Shown in pieces: positions 48,450 through 59,687 of a stretch of 64,000 nucleotides of DNA. Under the pieces are notes generated by a model. The model did no database searches. It worked only from the letters and a program-made list of their open reading frames with translations, and was not told where the DNA came from. Source of the stretch: Neophaeotheca triangularis (taxonomy: Eukaryota); the NCBI GenBank assembly GCA_054600435.1, contig BAAIJX010000021.1, positions 124,001 through 188,000 on the forward strand. The letters run 5' to 3'. Position 1 is the first letter of the stretch, and each line of letters begins with the position of its first letter. Made by a program: the position numbers and the translations under genes.

Positions 48450-49369
48450 ATGCCTGAATTCCGCCAAAGGCTCCGGAGGCTCCTTGGTCGCCGCAGAGTA
48501 AGTGCAATAGTTATACCCCTTAGGACTACTGGATAAGACTGACCTCGACAGGAACGAGCTGCTTCGGCAGCACCACCATCTCCACCGGATTGGGCCTCCA
48601 CAACTGTCGTTGCAGAGAGGGAAGAAGTCACAGGCTCGTCACCATCTCCGTCTCGGGGTATCGAAGAGCATCAGCAAGAGCCGGTTGTAAGGGTTTTCGT
48701 TCCTCGTCACAACGGGCTGCCTCTAACAATCCTCCCTGGAAGACACTCGCACCCTTCACGCCCTTGCCAGGGCTGCAAGGTCTCCGACTCGAGGAAGCAA
48801 ACTGGGGCCTCCCAAACGAGATCGCACCCTTTCCACCTCCTCGGTCAACAACCCGCACACCGCCCTTGTCGGCCACCAGCACGGTTCCAGGGTCTCCTAT
48901 AGTGGGGCTGTCATTTTCTCCGTCGGGCCGGGGGATCATCACGTACGGAAACCAACCACAAGAACCCCCGGCTGGGCTAGCAGAAGCTATGCTCGCACGA
49001 GGTCCGCTCGCGCCAGCTCCTGGGCCTCCTGCCACTGGCGAGGCAGATGTCGAAACGGGTGCACGCCTCCCCCCAGTCGATGGTGGCGCTGACCAGTAAC
49101 GAGCCCTGCGGTGGGCACAATTTTACTTCGGAATGGGAGTCCGAATGCTTACCGACGGTGGGTTTCAAGCTGAGACGGATACCCTTACGGGTCCGCTGCG
49201 GCTTCAGCACGGGCCTGGGTTCGACCAGCAGGTCACCAGGGCTATCATGGATGAGGAGCCGCCGCTTGAAGGAGAGGAGCCGCCGATGGTACCAGGAGAC
49301 CGGCGGTTGGTACTGGACCCAAACTGGGAAGAGGGAGAAAGGTTGGGGGACGGGGTAGGATGGCAATAG
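48450..49369 (+). CDS. Orphan Pro-rich multi-exon protein (model uncertain)
   Basis: MPEFRQRLRRLLGRRR followed by a canonical GTAAGT...CTGAC...CAG intron, then open Pro-rich frames. The terminal ORF 49133-49369 has a paralogous segment at 47541-47669. Confidence 0.4.
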
Positions 49370-49504
49370 CGTGGTTTCGGGGTTTGGCGCACAGGGTTTG
49401 GGGTGTTGGGTTTGGTCTAAGAAGGAAATGGAGGGGTACAGTGTTTGGTATGTGTATGCATGCAGTGATGAGAGAAGTAGCAGCTTTACATGCCCGGCAG
49501 TACT

Positions 49505-50305
49505 TTACAACTTCGCTTTATCAGCCACCAACTCCGGATCCAGCTCACTGGTGCAGAGGATGCAAGTGTCCCTGAGCGCAGGCATCCTGTCCCTGTGATT
49601 CACCTCCTGGTAGTCTTCACTCGCCAACATGTCCACAAAATGCCTAATACTTGGGTAATGGGCCAAAGCGACCTCGTCCCATCCACTCTTGTCCTCACCC
49701 TCGGTGTTTTGGTCAGGGACCACCTTGCCAACGACCTTGGCATTACCGCCGCGCCTGGAACCGATATTCTTCGCAAAGGCTTGACCGTAGCGTTTGTAGG
49801 AGTCGTGTGCTTCCTGCGTCGGCTTGAAGGCGAGCAGATTGAGCATGCTGACAGCGCCATTCTGACCAAGCTTGAACGTCTTTGACCACTCTAGCAGTTC
49901 GCCGTTCAGCTCCAGGCCTTGCGTCGACCCGGCCATTCTGGGTTTGTCCATTGAGCCAGTCAGCTCTGGCACGTCGCCTGGAGATGGGTGCAGGAATTTC
50001 TTGTTGCGTTCTTCAAAGCCATTAAAGACGCTCTTGGGCACACCGGCTGTGATGCTCCAGTGCTTTGCTACCCAGTCTTTGCTGGTGTATGCCTCAGGTA
50101 GCTGGGTGGTGGTAGGCAGGATGATGAGCAGATCCCACTTGGTGTCTAGCAGGGGCGAGGTGGACAGCTTCTCGGGCTTGATGATCCAGCGTATGGCCCG
50201 CGAGACGACGAGCGGCTTGACAGGCACGGAGGAGAGAGCACGGAGGTAGGCTGGGATGTTGGCGTTGGGGGCGAGGGAGACTAGATGGAGCGTTGCGAGA
50301 GGCAT
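49505..50305 (-). CDS. DUF1330-like dimeric alpha/beta-barrel protein, C-terminal AKL
   Basis: MLNLLAFK...Y.RYG.AF...GG.AKVVGKV...WDEVALAHYPSIRHFVDMLASEDYQ...R..AL.DT. Likely start MPLATLHL at 50305; ends DKAKL*. Confidence 0.8.
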   Translation of the reverse strand: MPLATLHLVSLAPNANIPAYLRALSSVPVKPLVVSRAIRWIIKPEKLSTSPLLDTKWDLLIILPTTTQLPEAYTSKDWVAKHWSITAGVPKSVFNGFEERNKKFLHPSPGDVPELTGSMDKPRMAGSTQGLELNGELLEWSKTFKLGQNGAVSMLNLLAFKPTQEAHDSYKRYGQAFAKNIGSRRGGNAKVVGKVVPDQNTEGEDKSGWDEVALAHYPSIRHFVDMLASEDYQEVNHRDRMPALRDTCILCTSELDPELVADKAKL

Positions 50306-50602
50306 GTCGGCTCGTTGTCTTGGTAGAGTGACTATTGACGGAGAGGGTGGGAGGCGACTGTTATCGAGGAGATGATAACCTACCGGAGCAGACACTACAT
50401 CCCTTTGAATATAAATGTAACCTTCCTTTTCCGAGGAAGTGATTACATGGCTAGGGTCCGGATGTGGAGTTGAGGTGTCGTCGTCCACTCTGCTTCTCCG
50501 CGAGCTCAATCTGCCTCGGTATTGGGGGAATCTTATCTTATCAGACAAAGACACATACCCGACTCGTACCTATGAGCTTTCCAATGAGTATACTCTACTA
50601 AT

Positions 50603-52402
50603 CTATGCAAACACTGGCTGTAGCTTTCCAGTCATGCGATGAACGAGCCTCTCAGGCATATCGACCTCGTACACGTGCTTCGCCCACTGTGCCGCCAGCT
50701 CCCTCGTCCTGGCTGGGTCAATGATTTCCTCTGCTCCGAAGGCATTCGCTGTCCGCACTGGATTCATCAGGCGGCGGTACTCTTCGTCAAGCTGGCGATA
50801 TCTCTCCTTCTTTGCCTCCACTCCCTGCTCCTTTTCAATCTTCTTCAACTCCGCCGCGTGGCCCACCTCTATCCCACCGTCCAGCGGCAGTGACCCCCAC
50901 TCCCCCGATGGCCATTCGACTCGAATGCGGGGGTCGCGCGAGTCGAGCATTACGCCGCCTGCAACACCATATACCCTCCGAGTCACTACGCTGAACAATG
51001 GAATAGTAGTGGTGTAGTAGGTCTTCATAAGCTCAATCCCCCATCGCATTGTCGCTGTCCGCTCTGCAACAGTCCCTACAGCGTAACCAGGAACATCCAC
51101 AAACTGTAACAGAGGGATATTGAAGATTTCGCAGAACTTGAGATGCCGGGTCAACTTTTGTGAGCCTGCTGCGTCTAGGGCACCTGCGCCGACTTCGCAG
51201 TTGTTGCTCGCGATGCCGACTGGTCTTCCGCCTAGGCGAGCCAGGCCACAAATCACCGTGCGACCCCACAAAGCACCGATCTCGAAGAAAGATCCCTGAT
51301 CTACGACCGTGGTAACGATACGTCGTGGATCATACATGCGTTCTCGCTTGCGTGGAATGATAGAACGAAGTTCGGGGCTCAGTCGGTCTAAAGGGTCCTC
51401 TGCGGCGACTGTTGGGGGAGCAGCAGTTCCGCAATTCGGAAGGTAAGAAAGCACCGTCCGGATCTGCTCAAAGCATTCGGCCTCGTTCGCAGCCAGGTTG
51501 TCAATGGTTCCATTAGTGCAGTGCATCGAGGGCCCACCGAGGTCCGTCAAACTCAGCCCTTCCTCAAACGTTGCTCCAGCAACGACCTTGGGTCCAGCAT
51601 TGAACAATGCGCCAACGTCCCCAGCCATGACGGAGAAGTGGCAAGCTACGACTCTGGCAGCGCCCAAGCCAATGGCCGGGCCGAGCACAGCGCCGAGGTT
51701 GGGGATCCCCATGTTGAGCTGCTTCACAACGTGCTCGACAGATGATAAAGGCGGAATGTAAGAGAAGCCGGTGGTTCTGATTGTGGTTACGGAGCCACCG
51801 CCAGAAGAACCATCGACCAACTTGATCATGGGCAGCTTCAATGCAACGCTCAGCTTCTCCATGTAGATGGTCTTTTCCTGCAGCGCTCCGTCGGCGTGGC
51901 CAGCCCGTATACTGAAATCATCAGCCGTGAAGACGACTTGTCTGCCTCTCAAGTTACCGAAGCCTTGAACGTTGTTGCTGGGAATAAATGCCTCTGGCTC
52001 CTCTCTGATGCCACCGAGCTGTTTCCATTTGACAGTGCCGCTCACGCTCCCTACTTCGCGGAAAGAGCCTGGGTCTAGTAGTTGATCGACTCGTTCGCGT
52101 ACCCATAGTTTCCCAGCTTGCTTCTGTCGAATGTAACCTGTCTTTGAGGTGTCGGGGGTTTTGGCCATGGTCCTGAGAGCCTTGAGCTGGCCTAGGACGT
52201 CGGAATAGTCCGCTGGCAATCCATCCTCGTTGCCTTTACGTCTCCTGCGACGACCAGAGTTTGCGTCTGCGGGTGCATCCCCATTGAGATGCCCGGAAAG
52301 TTGAGCTGCCCTTGACGCGGCCTTTTCGGACTGTTGTTGTGATGGATCACCAGCGACCTGCCCGCCAGAGGCAGGAGAGTTATCAGACTTCTTGTCTGCC
52401 AT
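50603..52402 (-). CDS. Acyl-CoA carboxylase carboxyltransferase (beta-type) subunit
   Basis: RQKQAGKLWVRERVDQLLDPGSF, ADDFSIRAG, GP..GLGAARV, LFNAGP, LGGPSMHCTNG, GLARLGGRPVG, FVDVPG, EEIIDPARTR. Confidence 0.93.
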   Translation of the reverse strand: MADKKSDNSPASGGQVAGDPSQQQSEKAASRAAQLSGHLNGDAPADANSGRRRRRKGNEDGLPADYSDVLGQLKALRTMAKTPDTSKTGYIRQKQAGKLWVRERVDQLLDPGSFREVGSVSGTVKWKQLGGIREEPEAFIPSNNVQGFGNLRGRQVVFTADDFSIRAGHADGALQEKTIYMEKLSVALKLPMIKLVDGSSGGGSVTTIRTTGFSYIPPLSSVEHVVKQLNMGIPNLGAVLGPAIGLGAARVVACHFSVMAGDVGALFNAGPKVVAGATFEEGLSLTDLGGPSMHCTNGTIDNLAANEAECFEQIRTVLSYLPNCGTAAPPTVAAEDPLDRLSPELRSIIPRKRERMYDPRRIVTTVVDQGSFFEIGALWGRTVICGLARLGGRPVGIASNNCEVGAGALDAAGSQKLTRHLKFCEIFNIPLLQFVDVPGYAVGTVAERTATMRWGIELMKTYYTTTIPLFSVVTRRVYGVAGGVMLDSRDPRIRVEWPSGEWGSLPLDGGIEVGHAAELKKIEKEQGVEAKKERYRQLDEEYRRLMNPVRTANAFGAEEIIDPARTRELAAQWAKHVYEVDMPERLVHRMTGKLQPVFA

Positions 52403-52873
52403 GATTACTAGTATTGCTTCAAAGGCCCAAGAGCGCACCTACGAAGTATTTTTGGATGACTGCTACATGTTCGAGAAATGGTGATGGACCGAGATAGATG
52501 TAATTAATAATGATTGCACTGTATCGCCTTGCGCGTCGAGGGGGAGTCGCCCTTTCGAACCGAGGTCAACGGGCTGCTGAGCCTCTCTCTGGAGCTCCCT
52601 CTCTAAAGTACCTAAGTGAGCTAAGGTGGTTTAAAAGGCCCGCGCACGTGTGCGTACGTGTCAGCACGGCTGTGCTGCAATCTACCGCAGCAGCTCCCGT
52701 CCCCCGTCCCACCGTCCTTGCTGCAAACCTTTACCGTCGCTGGCTGATGAGCGATGAGTCGGAACTCAGCGAGAGTACTAGTACTAGTAGTAGTACCTTA
52801 CCTTGTTATTAAAGCGGCCTTATACTTGTCCTTACTTTCCAACAGTTTTCGAGTTCAATAATTCACAGTCATC

Positions 52874-54606
52874 ATGTCGACCGTTCACTTGCTCGACTAT
52901 GCGGCGGGCAACATTCGCTCTCTGGTCAACGCCGTTGAGAAGCTGGGTTACCATGTCGAATGGATCACTTCGCCCGACGATGTAGCAAAGGCAGAGGTAG
53001 GGGCCTGTTCGCCACGATATACTTTCGAATTAAGACTGATGGCTGACAGGTAGGTTCCATAATGTAGAAAATCATCTTGCCTGGTGTTGGCCACTTCGGT
53101 CACTGCCTCACCCAGTTTGCGAATGCCGGCTATGTTGAGCCCGTCAAAGCCTACATCAAATCTGGCAAGCCTTTTATGGGGATTTGTGTCGGTATCCAAG
53201 CGCTTTTCGAAGGCTCCGTTGAGAACTCAGCTGTCCCTGGTCTTGGGGTTGTCAAAGGCCAATTGCAACGATTTCGAGACGACGACAAAAGCGTGCCACA
53301 CATTGGATGGAATTCTGCCACGACTTGGACCATGTCGGGAGATGGTGGTGCGGTGAGTGTCTACGGACTTAGACCAGACAGCAAGTACTACTACGTCCAT
53401 TCGTACGCGATGCCCTACAAGCCGGGTCTATTGGAAGAGGACGGGTGGACGGTGGCGACTGCAAAGTACGGCACAGAAGAGTTCGTAGGCGCGATAGCCA
53501 AGGACAATGTCCTAGCCACTCAGTTCCACCCCGAGAAGAGCGGAGTTGCGGGTCTAAGAGTGCTCAAGGCTTTCCTCTCCGGCCAGAAGAGCGAACAGAT
53601 ACCCGCAGCCTTTGGCGATCTGAAAGCCATGCAAGGATTGACTCGTCGTATTATCGCCTGCCTCGACGTGCGGTCAAATGACCAAGGCGATCTGGTAGTG
53701 ACGAAAGGCGACCAATACGACGTTCGCGAGAAGAATGAAGGCAACGATGTACGGAATCTCGGCAAGCCAGTGGAAAAGGCCCAGCAGTACTACCAGCAGG
53801 GCGCAGATGAAGTTACTTTCCTGAACATCACTAGTTTCCGCGATACACCTCTCAAGGATCTGCCAATGCTCGAAGTCCTACGCCAGACAGCTGCGACGAC
53901 TTTCGTTCCCCTGACCATCGGCGGTGGTATTCGGGACACCCATGACCCAGCTACGAATCGCACCGTTCCCGCGCTTGAAGTGGCCACACTGTACTTCAAA
54001 TCAGGCGCCGACAAGGTATCGATTGGCTCAGATGCAGTAACAGCAGCAGAAGAATATTACGCTGCAGGGCGCAAACTTAGCGGGAAAACAGCCATCGAGA
54101 CCATCAGCGAGGCGTACGGCGCACAAGCAGTCGTTGTTTCTGTGGACCCAAAACGCATCTACGTTGCATCGCCAGATGCAACATCCCACGCCACAATCAA
54201 AACCAGCACACGCGGACCGAACGGGGAGGAATACTGCTGGTACGCCTGTACCTCTCAAGGCGGACGTCAGACGCGCGATCTTGACGCTGTTCAGCTCGTC
54301 CAGGCGGTGGAGGCTATGGGCTGTGGCGAAATCTTGCTCAACTGCATCGACAAGGACGGCTCTAGCAGCGGCTTTGACCACGAACTTATTGCGAGCGTCA
54401 AAGCTGCTGTCAAGATTCCCGTCATTGCAAGTTCGGGCGCAGGCAATGCAGACCACTTTGCAGACGTCTTTGAAAAGACCACCGTCGATGCTGCTCTCGG
54501 TGCCGGCATGTTCCACAGGGGCGAATGGACAGTCAAGCAGGTCAAGGAAGAGCTTACGAAGAAGGGCTTGCTTGTTCGCAAGTTTGAGGAGGAGGAGGCT
54601 TTATAG
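52874..54606 (+). CDS. HIS7: Imidazole glycerol phosphate synthase (HisH-HisF fusion)
   Basis: [61 protein letters not shown]; intron 52997-53067. Confidence 0.97.
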
Positions 54607-55113
54607 ATTGATTTCATTGTGCACTGTCTGAAACGCTAGATACATAGACGACCCGAATGTTGAAATCGCAATCGCGTCGATACGGGATTTAACCAAGGTG
54701 GTAACAGCTGTACACGCAAGTACCGTAACTGCTTTGACATCTCGTGTCTTTGGCTAAGGCGTACTCCCCCTGCCAATGTCAGAATTCTCGCATGCCTACT
54801 CCCGAGGTCATGACCACGACATATAAGCACTCAGCACAAAGACAGAACGATACCTTACCGCCTGCGGATTCATGCTGGCTCATCATGAACGAGCGGGCCG
54901 TGCTTCTCGCAAATCCTCAAGCTACTACGCAGTCACAGACAACCCGCTCACTTTGCGACTGACATTCATCTTGCCACTTGCCATTGGCTTCAAAGTTGCA
55001 CCGAACGTAGTAGGTTTCCGATCATTTCAGCACATTGAAACCTAATTATTTTAAAAGAGGGACATCTACACAAGACTTTTGCACACATCACACCAAGAAC
55101 CAGTCGAAACATA

Positions 55114-55881
55114 ATGAACGGTCTCTCAGTCACAGAAGGCCCAGTCCTGAACGGCAAGCCAACCCAAATCCAGCTGCTATCGACACTACACTTCAAAAAA
55201 TACCCGTACCTGGAAGAGTTCCTCTCTTGGGCCAACCCGACATTCATGAACAAGCACAGCCACATCATCCCACCTGGCCAAGCAGACGGAGCTCAAGCCA
55301 AACGGTTCGAGAATGTCGACAAGATGCTCGAGGAACTTGCCGTCCCGGAGGGCTTCACGTATCTCATCACCTCGAAAGCTCTCGAGCGACAGAGAAACGC
55401 GAGTGGAGAGTGGGAAAGCGAAGCGCCCGAGTGGGAAGGCAAGGCGCCCGAGATTTTCGCCACCGTCTCCGGGCGCCCGTTCAAGGGTACTAGATCCTCG
55501 GAACCTTACGCCGGGGACAGGGACGAGAGACTGTATGCCGAGGGTCAGGCGAGAGGTGTTCAGCAGTGGGAGATCAAGACGGTGATTGTGGGCGAAAAGC
55601 TGCAAGGTCAAGGGCTCGGGAAGTTGATTATGGATCTGGCCGAGGCGGAGTTTGTGAGGCGGTATCAGGTCATGAAATTGCAGCATGCGCGTGGTGGCAA
55701 AGTGGACGAGGACAGTTGGAAGGGGGTTCAAGCGATGCTGACGACGGTTACGACGGTTAATGCGAGTTTCTACGAGAAGTGTGGGTATAGGAAGTGGGAG
55801 GTGACGACGATTCCGGAGGGCATGTTTCACGGGAACAAGGAGTTTGAGGTCTCTTGGATGGTCAAAGACTTGCCTTGCTAG
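55114..55881 (+). CDS. GNAT-family acetyltransferase
   Basis: Motif A VGEKLQGQGLGKLIMDLAE and motif B NASFYEKCGY. Confidence 0.8.
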   Translation: MNGLSVTEGPVLNGKPTQIQLLSTLHFKKYPYLEEFLSWANPTFMNKHSHIIPPGQADGAQAKRFENVDKMLEELAVPEGFTYLITSKALERQRNASGEWESEAPEWEGKAPEIFATVSGRPFKGTRSSEPYAGDRDERLYAEGQARGVQQWEIKTVIVGEKLQGQGLGKLIMDLAEAEFVRRYQVMKLQHARGGKVDEDSWKGVQAMLTTVTTVNASFYEKCGYRKWEVTTIPEGMFHGNKEFEVSWMVKDLPC

Positions 55882-56073
55882 TAGACGTTTGAAATCTCAT
55901 TACTACATTTCCGAGCTTTCGTTGTGTCATGCAGTGCAGGAGTAATGCCTGTAGCTCTTCGCTATACCTTAGGGTTAGGGTACAAAGCGGACTTCCGCGC
56001 GCGTCCTCAGGTTGTAAATCGTAAGTTGCTCGCCCGACACAGCTCTCTTTAGAAGCATACATCCTCCTCCGCC

Positions 56074-56691
56074 ATGGCACGAAAAGCACTGCAAAATGAC
56101 CAAATAGTCAAACTGATAGTGGGGGCGGGACAAGCAGCGCCCACACCGCCCGTCGGTCCAGCTCTGGGTAGCAAAGGTGTAAAGAGCATGGATTTTTGTA
56201 AAGTTCGTCTCCTACAAGAACCCTCCCCAAGGACACCCCCCTTCCCCCTACTGACAGCCATCACTCTGCAGGAATTCAACGCAAGAACGGCAAACTACGT
56301 CCCCGGCACTCCGATACCCGCCCGAGTGACCGTCCGCCCCGACCGCTCCTTCAGCTTCGAGATCCGCACCCCTCCCACTTCCTCGCTCCTCCTCGCCGCC
56401 GCCGGCGCAAAGGTCTCGAGGAATAAAATCCGCGGCGCCGGCAACGTGCCCGGACCTCACAACAAACTCGGACTCGCCGGGATGGGAAAGGGGAGCTTGA
56501 CGGGGAGTGGAAGCTCCGCGGCAGCCGGGAACGCTGCCATGGGGACTATCGGCAGCGTGAGCCTGAAGCATGTCTATGAGATTGCGAAGATCAAGCAGAG
56601 CGAGACGAGACTGAGCGGGATGAGCTTGGAGGGCATGGTGAAGAGTGTGGTTGCGCAGGCTGGGAGCTTGGGTGTGGTTGTGGTGCCGTGA
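56074..56691 (+). CDS. MRPL19: Mitochondrial ribosomal protein uL11m
   Basis: [36 protein letters not shown]...VRPDRSF.F..RTPP...[12 protein letters not shown]; intron 56203-56271. Confidence 0.95.
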   Translation: MARKALQNDQIVKLIVGAGQAAPTPPVGPALGSKGVKSMDFCKVRLLQEPSPRTPPFPLLTAITLQEFNARTANYVPGTPIPARVTVRPDRSFSFEIRTPPTSSLLLAAAGAKVSRNKIRGAGNVPGPHNKLGLAGMGKGSLTGSGSSAAAGNAAMGTIGSVSLKHVYEIAKIKQSETRLSGMSLEGMVKSVVAQAGSLGVVVVP

Positions 56692-56952
56692 GGGAGATAT
56701 GGACAAAGTAGATGGCTTGCATTTTCAGCGGGACACTGTTCAAGAGGCGTTGGGTTGGCATGCATTTGTTGCGGATTTTTTCGGGGTGATACCCGCAGAG
56801 GACATCGAACGAGAGGCTTGTACTGATATTGTACCAATACCTATGCGGCAGGCAACGCTTCAAAAAGAAATAAAAAAATCGTGAAAGATACGAGGGTGAG
56901 ATACGGCAAGTCCACGCTGCTGCGTTTGTTCTCAAGTAATGCTTTGCCCGCC

Positions 56953-57673
56953 CTAGCCAAATTTCCTCAGGAACGCGGTATTCAGGGGCACAGGTTGGCC
57001 CATCCTATTGAGTATACCCGGTCAGCCGCTAAGAAACGACAACGCCGAACACCTCAATGATAGGCCGACTCACCAAGTAGCTCTTTGCGTATGGTCTCTC
57101 AAAGCACCCTCGTCAGTGTTCGGATGAACGAGCGCACTCAACGGGCCGCGATTAATCACCAGCCACGGGACAAAAGCACCAAACTGCTCCGGGGTCAAAA
57201 GATTAACCTCGAACATGCCGATGATGTGCGGGCCGAGGGGTCGATCGAAGAATCTATAGATTCGAAGCTCGGGAACTGATAGCCAGCATTGGGGTGTTAG
57301 CAACGATACTCTGGAGGAAAGATTAGGAAGGCACGGCAGGAAAACGTACACTCCCGCCGTACGCGCTCGTGGAGCTCCTGGGCGAATTTGGTCTCCTCTT
57401 CGTCGGTCTGCTGGAAGTAGATGTGGACGTCGAAGCCGCCGTGGTCGTCGTTGCCTATGGGTTGGGCGAAGGAGGTGTAGGCTTGGCTTCTGGTGGTGAT
57501 TGGGGGGTTCAGGAGCGATTTGCCATCGGCGTTTCTCTCGCTGCGGCTAGGGTGAGCGGATGGTATTTGCTAGCTGGTGGTCTAGTGTTTTTGGATACGT
57601 ACGACGAAAGCGGCTCGAGGTTCTCGTAGCCTTTCAGGGGTGATGGGTAAGTGTAGATTGAAGGGTCTGCCAT
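56953..57673 (-). CDS. DOPA 4,5-dioxygenase family protein (fungal type)
   Basis: Four exons: YTYPSPLKGYE...GFDVHIYF...RVRREFPELRIY...PLGPH..GMFEV...WLVINRGPLSALVHPNT...DHTQRATWMG. Confidence 0.9.
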
Positions 57674-59289
57674 GTTTGATTGAACGACGTTTGGTTGTTG
57701 CCTCTTCTAGCATTGCCCGAGTGTAGCAGTTACACGACCATGCTAGTATTGCTTCTTAGGTTTCCAAGTTGAAAGGTATGTGCAGTGTTGAATCGTTGAT
57801 ATAGAGAGTAGGGTACGCTTGATATATAAATGGCAGCAAGCACAGCTGGCGTGAGGCAAGCCAACTTGCTAAGCAGGCGGAATCGCTCCGTACGCATGTA
57901 TAGATTGGCAATAATCATGGTTGGCATACTTCTCACGCCTTCCCGGATAGCAAGGACGCAAGCAGAGACTGACGGTCGCTCTTGCTCTGCTAACACTGGA
58001 TGACTGTGTATTCATCTTAGATATATATCTAAACTACCGAGCGGAAGAAATATATGAAACAGTCATTATTTTGATCAGATCGAGGACGTCTACGGTCAAA
58101 TACCTCCTGGGATCGGTGAGGGATGGGTCGCGCACCCTCTCATCAATCAGGGCACCCATCAGCACCGCATGCGCAGAGATGGAGGGAAGCTGATGGCTGA
58201 GGTGGCTCCTCTGGTACTCTTCTACCGCCATCACAGATACCTTTTAGTTCTGGGTACTTGGATGAAGGTATCGAACATTAATAATGACCACCAGATGACT
58301 GCCGGATCGCCGCGGACTCATCAATCTTGGTCCGGATTTCCAAGGATGCAGTACTTGGGACCTCAGGCATAAGGCACACTTATGTCATCTTTCTTCATCT
58401 CGGCAGTAGTTGGTGCCGGGGAGGCGTTTTCCTCGAGCCCGACCAAAGCCGGGATGCCCTTGCCTCTCAGCCACCCGGTGATGGATGGAAAGCGAAAAGT
58501 GGACGACATAGCAACGAGTCCCAATCCATGTACCTATGTCCATCTGATAACAAGACGGCAACGCCGCGGCCGTCGCTTTTCCATGGGCCGGCTGCGACGG
58601 CGACTGCCACTACTACGAAAAGCAAAGCAAATGGAAGCAAAGCAAAGCGATGCATGGATGCGATGGTGAAGATGCAGATGGCGCTTCGATGCGACGCGAT
58701 GCGAGGGCGCTAGGCTACCTACCTTAGCCTCTAGTTGGGTGTATTTTATGTTATGTACGGTACCTAGGTTAGGTTAGGTAGTAATCGTTTCGATGTGCAT
58801 GAGCATGACCTCAGGGGGCCTAATAACCTCTGACCTCTCACCCGTAATGGACCAATCAGAGCCTGTACTGAAGCAGTAGCGAAGTCGTGCCGGCTCGCAG
58901 AAGTTAGAACATGATCAGAGGTGGGCTCGCGACCATTTCGCGTCTAATAAATTACAGTATGATCGACTAAAAACAAGACTTGAGCATGCTAGTATAGTGT
59001 AGTGTCGATGCACTGTATGTATTCAATCAAAGTGCTTGATTTGTCCGTACGGTACAGTAATTCGGAAATTACAAAGGTAACTCAAGGTAAATGGAAAGTC
59101 ATCCTTCCATGGTCCCGTTCCGTACCTAGCTTCTTTGCAAACAAAATAAGATTGCGGCTTAGGCTTGGTCGCCAAATGCTCTGACGCTGCTCTCCCGCTG
59201 CCGCCTACTACCTTACCATAGCGGTGATATGGTACCTGCCTTATTATTATTACCTTTTACCGCTTGTTGCCTGCCCATCTTGCCCATCC

Positions 59290-59320
59290 TACTGTACTGT
59301 ACTGTACTGTACTGTACTGT
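59290..59320. repeat. (TACTG)n pentanucleotide microsatellite upstream of AUR1
   Basis: About six consecutive TACTG units. Confidence 0.9.
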
Positions 59321-59687
59321 GTACCCGCTTTTGCACAAACAGAAACACTCCTCCCGATCTCTTTCTCTCCCTCTCACTCTCACTCCCTCTGCCTACCCCG
59401 TCTGTTTTGCTCCTGTTTGCTCTACCTCCTACCTCCCACCTCCTCCACCACCTCCTCCTCCTCCTCCCACCTCCGCCACCACCGCCGCCGCCTGCTTCCG
59501 CGCCAGCCTTGCCCGCCCAGACGTGCGCTGCGCTTGATTGCACAGCGTTCACGCGACCTTGCCGTTACACCCCCGTATCAATCCTTGGCGCATTCAAAGC
59601 AGCAGCCTGGAAAGAAAAACATATACATCCTCAGAAACCCGAAACCCGCCTCTACCACCTTCCGCTACCTTCTCTGGACCCTTCGCC

